IMG/VR virus record: IMGVR_UViG_3300042997_001508
Coordinates: 1-26,607 of that record
Length of the DNA stretch: 26,607 bases
Origin: a virus
Lineage: Duplodnaviria > Caudoviricetes
Strand: one strand, 5' to 3'
The translations under genes and the position numbers were made by a program. Positions 1 to 6,608 of this stretch are shown in pieces (position 1 is the stretch's first letter; every line of letters begins with the position of its first letter). The notes under the pieces were generated by a model. That model was not told the origin of the DNA. It worked only from the letters and a program-made list of their open reading frames with translations, and did no database searches.

Positions 1-408
1 ACCTTCCGTCGTAACTTCTGTGATGATGAACCATGGGTCGTGGAGGATGCGATTCCGACGGTCCTGCGCGCCCCTCAGCTTTTGTGTCAGAGTCTTGATC
101 TGCTTCAGCGCGTCCTCGTTGACGGGCTTCCGCGCCAGGCACAAAGCGTGGATTGTTGTTATCTTCCCAAACGACCCCATAATCTGGCCAGTGAGGCATG
201 GGCCCACAAAATATTCGAGCTTGGCTACCTCCCAGATAATCCTATCGAGCCTGTGTTCGACTTCTGCCCAGATCGCCGCTATCCGGCCGATCAGTGAGTG
301 GACGGGGTGTTGTTCGGGAACCTCCGTCATGCGCCTAATTTTGAGCGATGTCCCCGTCGTCTGGACGACGCCAGCTTCTGCGACTAGCTGATAGTTCTCA
401 TCTGTCAT
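1..408 (-). CDS. Putative HEPN-superfamily protein, 3' truncated by window edge
   Basis: Hand-translated, not in ORF track: MTDENYQLVAEAG...LIGRIAAIWAEVEHRLDRIIW...AQDRRNRILHDPW..., open for 136 codons to the edge. RNRILH (RxxxxH) at 40-57. ATG overlaps the upstream stop (TGATG). Confidence 0.7.
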   Translation of the reverse strand, partial: MTDENYQLVAEAGVVQTTGTSLKIRRMTEVPEQHPVHSLIGRIAAIWAEVEHRLDRIIWEVAKLEYFVGPCLTGQIMGSFGKITTIHALCLARKPVNEDALKQIKTLTQKLRGAQDRRNRILHDPWFIITEVTTEG

Positions 409-491
409 CAGATCCCCCAAGCCTTCCAAGCCAAAGCCGCCACCAGGATCACACCCATGCAGATCAGGGTCTGTCGGGCGCGGCGGTTCAT
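408..491 (-). CDS. 27-aa single-pass membrane peptide
   Basis: MNRRARQTLICMGVILVAALAWKAWGI*: basic N-terminus plus hydrophobic stretch; ATGA overlap upstream and TGATG overlap downstream. Confidence 0.6.
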   Translation of the reverse strand: MNRRARQTLICMGVILVAALAWKAWGI

Positions 492-697
492 AGCCCGAGC
501 GCTTCCCAGTTGCGTATCCAGATCGCCGAATGATTTGCCCACTCACGATCGGTGAGCGGGCGACCCATGATCATCTCCGCGGATTCGCGGGCGTTCGCTG
601 GGGCAAATTCGAGCGTGGCCTTGATGTTCTGTTGGCACAGCAGGTCGACGTCGCTCGGTGGCGCAGGTCTGTGCAATATCCTGCGCAGAAAGTTCAT
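488..697 (-). CDS. 69-aa hypothetical protein coupled to cI
   Basis: MNFLRRILHRPAPP...WIRNWEALGL; ATG at 697 overlaps the cI stop (ATGA). The longer ORF-track start lies inside cI. Confidence 0.65.
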   Translation of the reverse strand: MNFLRRILHRPAPPSDVDLLCQQNIKATLEFAPANARESAEMIMGRPLTDREWANHSAIWIRNWEALGL

Positions 698-1368
698 CGA
701 GGCCTCATCCCGATCACCTTCGCGGCCCACTCGACCTCTGCGTTCTTGATATCCGGCTCGTCTGAGTTCGATTGCAGCGTGAAGCTGCCGTCGCGCTCCC
801 GCTTGATGGTCTTCAGCAGAATGCGATCGTCCGCCAGACCGACCACACACGGTTGGCCGTACAAGTCTTCAGTGACAGGGGAACGCACGTCGTCATAGAA
901 CACCAGCCAGCCGTCCATGCGCGGGCCCCAGCTTTTGCCCTTGATCTGCACAGCTATCGTTTGATCAGAAGACCCCGCCGGCGGCTCCACGACCTCGAAG
1001 CTTTCGTCCGCGAGCTTGTAAAAGTGAGCCTCAGAGCCGGCGCCCACATAGCCTTTGATTCTGACGGTTCTGGTGGAGTTTGGCTTATCTAAGCTCGCTG
1101 CAACGTCTTCTGATCGGAGATCGAGATCGGGCTCTTCCGGGCCAATGCCCTCAGCCAGCCAGACCATCGTTGTCTTCAGGACAGGTGCGAGCTGCGCCAA
1201 CGTGGCGGCATTCACCCCTTTCGTCTTGATCCGGCCATCTGCACCTCGCTGCAGGTTGAAGATGGCGCTCGCGCTCAAGCCGGCGTCCTTCGAGGCTTTC
1301 GAGGGGTTCGATCCTACCTCGGCGAGGCGGTGTTCGATGCGGGCGACGATTTTCTGCAATGAATCCAT
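694..1368 (-). CDS. cI: CI-like repressor (N-terminal HTH, C-terminal S24 peptidase domain)
   Basis: HTH (SKASKDAGLSASAIFNL...LAPVLKTTMVWLAEG), Ala-Gly autocleavage site in GYVGAG, catalytic Ser in IKGKSW (canonical GDSM) and Lys in ILLKTI. Start placed at MDSLQK (1368); divergent from cro. Confidence 0.93.
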   Translation of the reverse strand: MDSLQKIVARIEHRLAEVGSNPSKASKDAGLSASAIFNLQRGADGRIKTKGVNAATLAQLAPVLKTTMVWLAEGIGPEEPDLDLRSEDVAASLDKPNSTRTVRIKGYVGAGSEAHFYKLADESFEVVEPPAGSSDQTIAVQIKGKSWGPRMDGWLVFYDDVRSPVTEDLYGQPCVVGLADDRILLKTIKRERDGSFTLQSNSDEPDIKNAEVEWAAKVIGMRPR

Positions 1369-1370
1369 AG

Positions 1371-1442
1371 CAGTAATCTGACTGCTACCGGTCGGCATTG
1401 CGAACAGTAAGATTACTATTGACAAGTGCGGTAATTTTACTG
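1371..1442. promoter_or_regulatory. Three repressor operators (CAGTAA-N2-TTACTG) and divergent PR/PRM-like promoters
   Basis: CAGTAATCTGACTG 1371-1384, CAGTAAGATTACTA 1405-1418, CGGTAATTTTACTG 1429-1442. TTGACA at 1419-1424 with GACTGT 17 bp later. Minus strand TTCGCA-N18-CAGATT ends 6 nt before the cI ATG. Confidence 0.88.
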
Positions 1443-1454
1443 ACTGTGCGAGCC

Positions 1455-1709
1455 ATGAGCAGCATCGACGATCTCCTGGCCGTGGCCAAAGCATATACAA
1501 AAGCGGAGGGAATTCCCCTCTCAACCGCTAGCTGGCGCGCGCTCGGCGACACAAAAAAGCTCGGCGATATCGAGGCGGGCAGGGACATTCAGGTCCGTCG
1601 GCTCGAAAAGACGATGCGCTGGTTTTCCGGAAATTGGCCGGCCACAGCCGTTTGGCCTTCGGATATCCGTCGCCCGAGTCCCTCGCCCGAACAGGCTGGT
1701 GCCGCATGA
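1455..1709 (+). CDS. cro: Cro-like HTH regulator
   Basis: 84 aa, MSSIDDLLAVAKAY...LSTASWRALGD...WFSGNWPATAVWPSDIRRP; divergent from cI across the operators. Confidence 0.8.
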   Translation: MSSIDDLLAVAKAYTKAEGIPLSTASWRALGDTKKLGDIEAGRDIQVRRLEKTMRWFSGNWPATAVWPSDIRRPSPSPEQAGAA

Positions 1710-1955
1710 TCAATGCTTCACCAGCTTCGGCTCTGACTTGCCGAGTGCCGCCAGCACCGTCTGCAGCGGCCACGACTGACCTTCCGACCCCTTTTTATCC
1801 CAAGCCGCTGCGCGTCGTTGCAGCGAGCTCACGAGATTGGCGCGATTGATGACGCCTTCCTCGATCAGGAATTCCGCGATCGAGGCAAGCGTGAGGGTGA
1901 GCCCCACGTTGATTTCCATCATCGCCTCTGTGGCGTCGTCGAACTGACTTTTCAC
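1710..1955 (-). CDS. 81-aa hypothetical protein, antisense to the early operon
   Basis: GTG at 1955 preceded by AGAGG; MKSQFDDATEAMMEINVGLTLTLASIAEFLIEEGVINRANLVSSL...; fills the cro-cII gap exactly. Confidence 0.65.
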   Translation of the reverse strand: MKSQFDDATEAMMEINVGLTLTLASIAEFLIEEGVINRANLVSSLQRRAAAWDKKGSEGQSWPLQTVLAALGKSEPKLVKH

Positions 1956-1979
1956 GTTCTCGTACCTCTGGTGTAACTC

Positions 1980-2375
1980 ATGGCAGCGTCGAACATCACT
2001 CGCAGCAAGGCAAATCCGGCTCCGGAAAGGGCTTTCCAAGATACGGAAGCATCCTTGCCGTCGAATTCTCTGCTCATGCGCGTGGCGCGTAGCTTGTGGC
2101 CGCTGAAAACTGATCTTGCTCTGGCGGAGCGGACCGGCGCGTCCGACCGCATGTGCCGTTACTGGCTGGCCAGCAAATACAGCCTGTCCGCCGATGATAT
2201 CTGCGCGCTGCTTCGGTCGGATGATGGCTTGCAGTTTCTGGAAGCCATCATGGGCGACGCCAAGCCGGTCTGGTGGCAGCGCATGAAGGCATCTGCGAAC
2301 CGCGCAGCGCTTCGCCGCGCGCAGAAGCAACTCCAAAAGCAGATCGATCAGATGGAATTGGAGCTCGAGGGTTGA
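1980..2375 (+). CDS. CII-position HTH regulator
   Basis: HTH-like KTDLALAERTGASDRMCRYWL, C-terminal coiled coil, position after cro. Confidence 0.65.
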   Translation: MAASNITRSKANPAPERAFQDTEASLPSNSLLMRVARSLWPLKTDLALAERTGASDRMCRYWLASKYSLSADDICALLRSDDGLQFLEAIMGDAKPVWWQRMKASANRAALRRAQKQLQKQIDQMELELEG

Positions 2376-2551
2376 TGCTCCGTGATGCCGCTGCATGGTT
2401 TTCATTCAAGTGCGCTGTCGTCTGGAAAGCGGCGGCAAAGGCTTGTCTCTGGATGTCGCGCCTCTCGCGCGATCTCGAAGAATGGTTCGCCACCAGCATG
2501 ACCTGGCGGGAGATCCGGGAAAACAACGAGGTCGAAGATGAGCCGGTTTAA
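2375..2551 (+). CDS. 58-aa Trp-rich hypothetical protein
   Basis: MLRDAAAWFSFKC...; TGATG overlap with the previous gene. Confidence 0.55.
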   Translation: MLRDAAAWFSFKCAVVWKAAAKACLWMSRLSRDLEEWFATSMTWREIRENNEVEDEPV

Positions 2552-2645
2552 GACCGCCAAACAGCGCCGCAACCGCAAACGCAACAAGGCCAACAAGGAG
2601 CGGAAGGCCCGCAAGGCCGCCGCAGAGCAGGGGAAGAAAGAATGA
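2538..2645 (+). CDS. 35-aa Arg/Lys-rich peptide
   Basis: [35 protein letters not shown]; GAGG RBS; ATGA overlap with gapR. Not in ORF track. Confidence 0.65.
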   Translation: MSRFKTAKQRRNRKRNKANKERKARKAAAEQGKKE

Positions 2646-2932
2646 CCGCCGCTATCGGACACAACTCAGCTGCCTCCGTCCTTGATGACCAGGCCACGCA
2701 CGCCTTCGCCAAAGATCAGCTGAAGGCGATCGTGGAGCGCATCGAGCGCCTGGAGGAAGAGAAGAAGACGATCTCGGACGACATCAAGGATGTATACGGC
2801 GAGGCAAAGGGCAACGGCTACGATACCAAGGCCCTGCGCACCATCATTCGCTTACGAAAGCAGGATGCGAACGAGCGCGCCGAGCAGGAAACGATCCTCG
2901 AATCGTATCTGCAGGCGCTCGGGATGCTCTGA
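2642..2932 (+). CDS. gapR: GapR (DUF2312) nucleoid-associated protein homolog
   Basis: [50 protein letters not shown] is the DUF2312 signature. Confidence 0.95.
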   Translation: MTAAIGHNSAASVLDDQATHAFAKDQLKAIVERIERLEEEKKTISDDIKDVYGEAKGNGYDTKALRTIIRLRKQDANERAEQETILESYLQALGML

Positions 2933-3369
2933 TGCGTTGGTCCGAACAGCAGCTCGCCGATCATTTGACGCGAAAGGGCGCTCCTGGCGCCGCGAACGCG
3001 GCTGACACTAGCCGTCCGCCCTTCGCCATGCCCGTCAACGAGGCCGGGCGCTACGCGCTGGGCCGGTTGCCGAAGGGCCAGATGAACAAGACCGAGCAGG
3101 CTTATGCGGACCATCTGGAATTGCAGCGCCGTGGCGGCGAAGTCGAATGGTTCAAATTTGAGGCGCTGAAGCTTCGCCTCGCCGATGCGACGTTCTACAC
3201 GCCGGACTTCTTCGTGCTGACGAGTGCCGGCTACCTCGAATGCCACGAAGTCAAAGGATTCTGGGAAGACGACGCGCGCGTGAAGATCAAGGTCGCCGCC
3301 TCGCTCTACCCGTTCAAGTTCAAGGCCATCAAGAAGAGCACATGCGGCTGGGAAGCTGAGGAATTTTAA
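2932..3369 (+). CDS. DUF1064-like PD-(D/E)xK nuclease (possible resolvase)
   Basis: MNKTEQAYA...FYTPDFFV...ECHEVKGFW motifs. Confidence 0.75.
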   Translation: MRWSEQQLADHLTRKGAPGAANAADTSRPPFAMPVNEAGRYALGRLPKGQMNKTEQAYADHLELQRRGGEVEWFKFEALKLRLADATFYTPDFFVLTSAGYLECHEVKGFWEDDARVKIKVAASLYPFKFKAIKKSTCGWEAEEF

Positions 3370-3929
3370 TGTTCGACAATCTTACGCCTCTGTCCGCGGA
3401 CGTGATCGTTATCGATCCGCCATGGCCGTTTGAGCTCTATTCTCAGACCGGCGAGACGAAGTCCGCGGCTGCCCAATATCAGACTATGTCATTCGACGAT
3501 ATCGCGCGCCTTCCTGTTTCGCAGCTCGCCCGCGGCGATTGCTTGGTACTGATGTGGGCCACGGAAGCGATCCGCCCGCAAGCGCATGCGGTCATGCGAG
3601 CTTGGGGTGTCACCTACAAAACTGCCTTCGTATGGCGAAAGGTCACCAAGCGAGGGTTGGTTCGCATGGGGACCGGCTATCGCGTGCGCTCGATGCATGA
3701 GCCAGTTCTGCTCGGCACGATCGGCAATCCGGCTCACGCTGCCTTTCCATCAGTATTTGACGGCGTTGCGCGCGAGCATTCCCGCAAGCCGGATGAGTTC
3801 TATGAGCTCGTTCGAGGAAAGACAAAGAATGCCGTCAATCGCCTCGACCTCTTTTCACGTGAAACTCGTTCCGGATTCATCGGATGGGGTAACGAGGCGA
3901 CAAAGTTCGATGATGAGGTTGCTGCATGA
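3369..3929 (+). CDS. MT-A70 family N6-adenine methyltransferase
   Basis: VIVIDPPW, LVLMWAT, AWG-TYKT-FVW-K, MGTGY-VRS-HE, REHSRKPDEFY, LDLFSRE. Confidence 0.93.
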   Translation: MFDNLTPLSADVIVIDPPWPFELYSQTGETKSAAAQYQTMSFDDIARLPVSQLARGDCLVLMWATEAIRPQAHAVMRAWGVTYKTAFVWRKVTKRGLVRMGTGYRVRSMHEPVLLGTIGNPAHAAFPSVFDGVAREHSRKPDEFYELVRGKTKNAVNRLDLFSRETRSGFIGWGNEATKFDDEVAA

Positions 3930-4111
3930 GCCAAGCATTCATCGACGCCGTTATGCAGCACTGGCGCGCCGGCAAGAACACTTGGTCGATCTCGGTCATC
4001 ATGGTGAGGCCTGAGCACGTCGTCGCCAAGGCATTGCGCATCGGTCGGGATGCCGAACGGAGAACGCGGGTTACCCACGCGGCCAGCGATGGAGCCTGTC
4101 TGCCGGTATGA
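3926..4111 (+). CDS. Small HTH-like hypothetical protein
   Basis: WRAGKNTWSISVIMVRPEHVVAKAL; ATGA overlaps on both sides. Confidence 0.55.
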   Translation: MSQAFIDAVMQHWRAGKNTWSISVIMVRPEHVVAKALRIGRDAERRTRVTHAASDGACLPV

Positions 4112-5061
4112 GCGCGACACGGGAAATCATTGCGGCGTTGGTTGCCGGCGGTATGGACGCCGTGGATGCGGCTACGCTTGTGGCGACCGCTGCTGTGGAA
4201 ATGGCGGCGCGGCCGGCTGCGAAGGTCAGCGCAGGTGCCGCCCGCATGTCCAACTATCGCGACCGTCGCGAAGCCCTTGGGATGCCACGCGTGTTCCAGT
4301 CTTCCATCTTTCGGCCTCAGCTTGAACAGCGCGACGGCAAGCAGTGCATTTATTGTCGATCTCCCGATGCGGCAGTCATCGACCATATTCATCCGATCTT
4401 CTTGGGTGGTGACGACGATCTGGGGAATCTTGGACTGGCGTGCCGGGAATGCAATGGACGCAAGGCCGGAAAGCCGTTGGCAGATGCCGGTATGTCCATT
4501 GTCGTCGAAACTGCCGCGCGCGCACACGAAAGCTATCAACCGCGCACACTGTGCGCCCCAGGCCTGGACGTGAACAGTTCACCCGAACTGCGCACACAGG
4601 CGCACACAAGCGCACATGTGCGCCAACCAGAAAAAGCGCCTCTCTCTAATAATAAAAATACTGAAGAAAGTAAGCTCAAGAGAGAGAGGCACCGCGGCGC
4701 TCGTCTGCCTGACGACTGGAGGCCGACGGCGATCGATTGGGCTTTGGCGATCGAGCTCCTCGGCGAGCCAGACGCCAACACCGAACTTCTCAAATTCAAA
4801 GATCACTGGAAGCAGCAACCCGGCTCGAAGGGCGTGAAGCTCGATTGGGCCGCCGCATGGCGCAATTGGACGCGCCGCGCGTACGAATACCGAGGGAACA
4901 GGAATGGCCAACGAAATCACGGTGCGCCGCGTCGATCTGCAAGCTCTGACTTCTTCGCCGGAATGCGTAGCTTGGCGGAGGATCTCATTGGGGACGGTGA
5001 ACCACCCAGGAATGACGAGCCGGAGATACCTCTCGGGCGGTTTAACATTGACGCTGACTGA
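4108..5061 (+). CDS. Replication initiator-like protein with HNH endonuclease domain
   Basis: CIYC...IDHIHP..LGG.DD..NL.LACRECNGRK (HNH); C-terminal RLPDDW...FKDHW...KLDWAAAWRNW typical of phage O-position/DnaT-like proteins; internal iterons. Confidence 0.78.
   Translation: MSATREIIAALVAGGMDAVDAATLVATAAVEMAARPAAKVSAGAARMSNYRDRREALGMPRVFQSSIFRPQLEQRDGKQCIYCRSPDAAVIDHIHPIFLGGDDDLGNLGLACRECNGRKAGKPLADAGMSIVVETAARAHESYQPRTLCAPGLDVNSSPELRTQAHTSAHVRQPEKAPLSNNKNTEESKLKRERHRGARLPDDWRPTAIDWALAIELLGEPDANTELLKFKDHWKQQPGSKGVKLDWAAAWRNWTRRAYEYRGNRNGQRNHGAPRRSASSDFFAGMRSLAEDLIGDGEPPRNDEPEIPLGRFNIDAD
4520..4675. repeat. Iteron array plus AT-rich tract: putative replication origin
   Basis: GCGCACA at 4520, 4542, 4590, 4600, 4610; palindromes GCGCACACTGTGCGC (4542-4556) and GCGCACATGTGCGC (4610-4623); then TAATAATAAAAATACTGAAGAAAGTAAG. 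Confidence 0.8.
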
Positions 5062-5500
5062 GCGCGCGCAGATCTCGGCGAAAGTCGACGAGCTTCGGAG
5101 GGTCAGCGAAGCCGACGATGGCACCGAGAACCGCCGGGCGCGGCTCGGAATCGTCGCCAACATGCTGCTTGCATATCCGATGGCTGGCGCATCTGAGGAA
5201 GCCGGCAAGGCCCGAGCAGGGGCCTATCTTGCCGCGCTTGACGACATTCCCGCCTGGGCGATCGCGGAAGCCGTTCGCCGCTGGCATCGGGGTGAGTGTG
5301 GCGCCGAACGGAATTATCGGTTCGCCCCGGCGCCTGCTGAGCTCCGACAGGTGGCAAGCGATCTGCTGCGTCCGGCCAGGGACACGGTTGCGCACCTCGA
5401 GCGCGTTCTCGCTGCGCTCACCCTCGAGCAGGCAATGGATCCGAGCTACCAGGCGCCTGGTAAGCCCGGAGTCAACGTGCCGAAGCTGAGGAGCGTGTGA
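4904..5500 (+). CDS. Putative helicase loader/recruiter (lambda P position)
   Basis: RBS AGGA before ATG 4904; YLAALDDIPAWAIAEAVRRW...FAPAPAEL motif; follows the initiator. Confidence 0.55.
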   Translation: MANEITVRRVDLQALTSSPECVAWRRISLGTVNHPGMTSRRYLSGGLTLTLTERAQISAKVDELRRVSEADDGTENRRARLGIVANMLLAYPMAGASEEAGKARAGAYLAALDDIPAWAIAEAVRRWHRGECGAERNYRFAPAPAELRQVASDLLRPARDTVAHLERVLAALTLEQAMDPSYQAPGKPGVNVPKLRSV

Positions 5501-5772
5501 TGGAGGTTTCGCAAGCCGAATACCTCTACATCACTGAGGGCTTCAAGAAGCTCATCCCTGAGTTTGTCGAGAAGCATCAGGTCGGCGCGCCGCCGCACGA
5601 TGCGAAGCGCGCACAAGCGATCATCGAGCAGAACGACGCGGAGATCCTGAGAGAATACGCAATGGCCGGGCTGAAGCCGGTCATCACCGGGTTCAACCGC
5701 CCGATGTCGCTGTATCTCGCACGGATGATGCGTCTGCCGATCGAGCCTATCGAGGCGGAAGAGGCTGCCTAA
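5500..5772 (+). CDS. Hypothetical protein
   Basis: Coupled (GTGATG) to the upstream gene; codon usage like its neighbours. Confidence 0.7.
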   Translation: MEVSQAEYLYITEGFKKLIPEFVEKHQVGAPPHDAKRAQAIIEQNDAEILREYAMAGLKPVITGFNRPMSLYLARMMRLPIEPIEAEEAA

Positions 5773-5792
5773 GCACAGCAGGAGGGGCTAAC

Positions 5793-6344
5793 ATGGGGTG
5801 GTATATCGCGATCATCAGTGCCAATTGGCAGCGCCGGGCCGAGAGCGAGCTCGCGTCACTCGGCTATGAGACTTTCTGGCCGAAGACCAGGCGCTGGGTG
5901 TCCCACGCTCGAACCAAAACGGCGAAGGAATATCCGATCCTCGGCCGCTACCTGTTCGTGAGCATCACCGATCGCAACTTCTGGGCCGTGACCTCCGTTC
6001 GTGGGATCGACTGCCTGCTGACCGATGAGGATGGCGCGCCTGCCGAGATCGCCTATGAGGAAGTCTGGCGGCTCAAGCAGCGCTATCTGGCCGGGGAGTG
6101 GGACTATGTCCGCACGGACTGCCGGCGCCCGGTGTTCGGCATGAACGAGCGCAACGAGCAGATCATCGTTGGCTGGGAAGACAACAAGCCAATGCCGATC
6201 GGCGCGCGGGTGGCGATCATGACCGGTGAATTCGAGGACATGCTCGCCACGATTACCGGAAGGAAAGGCAAGAGGCTGGATTTCAAGGTTCTCGACGCCA
6301 ACACCTACGGCCGGATCAACGAGACCTTCGTGAGGGCCGCGTGA
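5793..6344 (+). CDS. NusG-family transcription antiterminator (NGN + KOW), Q position
   Basis: WYIA...L..LGYETFWP...PILGRYLFV...V.SVRGI (NGN); IGARVAIMTGEFEDMLATI (KOW); GGAGG RBS. Confidence 0.88.
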   Translation: MGWYIAIISANWQRRAESELASLGYETFWPKTRRWVSHARTKTAKEYPILGRYLFVSITDRNFWAVTSVRGIDCLLTDEDGAPAEIAYEEVWRLKQRYLAGEWDYVRTDCRRPVFGMNERNEQIIVGWEDNKPMPIGARVAIMTGEFEDMLATITGRKGKRLDFKVLDANTYGRINETFVRAA

Positions 6345-6562
6345 TGGATTCGGAAACCCTTGAACAGGCTGCCCGCATTCTCGAAGCGCACCCGACAAAC
6401 GACATGTATCGCAAGGCATTTCGGGCCGGTGCAAAACTCCTACGGTCGATGAAAAAGTTACCCGACAACCCCGACCAAATCACTTCTAGTGAGGGTAGCT
6501 CGGGCGCACCCAGCGGGCGGCTTGTGTCTTCCGGAACGGAAAACCCCGACCAGAAGTTTTGA
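6344..6562 (+). CDS. Hypothetical protein
   Basis: MDSETLEQAARILEAH...; coupled to the NusG-like stop; low-complexity tail overlapping a likely regulatory region. Confidence 0.55.
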   Translation: MDSETLEQAARILEAHPTNDMYRKAFRAGAKLLRSMKKLPDNPDQITSSEGSSGAPSGRLVSSGTENPDQKF

Positions 6563-6608
6563 TAGCAGCATAATAGATGCGCTGAAAACCCCTACCGAGG
6601 ATCAGATC

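Noticed and set aside
20-533. Plus-strand ORFs at the left end
   Set aside because: The minus strand has a coupled gene chain with better protein-like sequence.
1369-1524. ORF-track N-terminal extensions of cI (1524) and cro (1398)
   Set aside because: They run across the operators and each other; starts at 1368 and 1455 fit the promoters.
2932-3929. Type II restriction-modification pair
   Set aside because: Both genes are common independent members of phage nin-like regions; adjacency alone is weak evidence.
4520-4623. CRISPR-like or VNTR reading of the GCGCACA repeats
   Set aside because: Repeats are 7-8 bp without spacers; position and AT tract fit iterons.
6491-6502. GAGGGTAGCTCG as an RfaH ops-like site
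   Set aside because: Only a partial match to GGCGGTAGnnTG; expected by chance.
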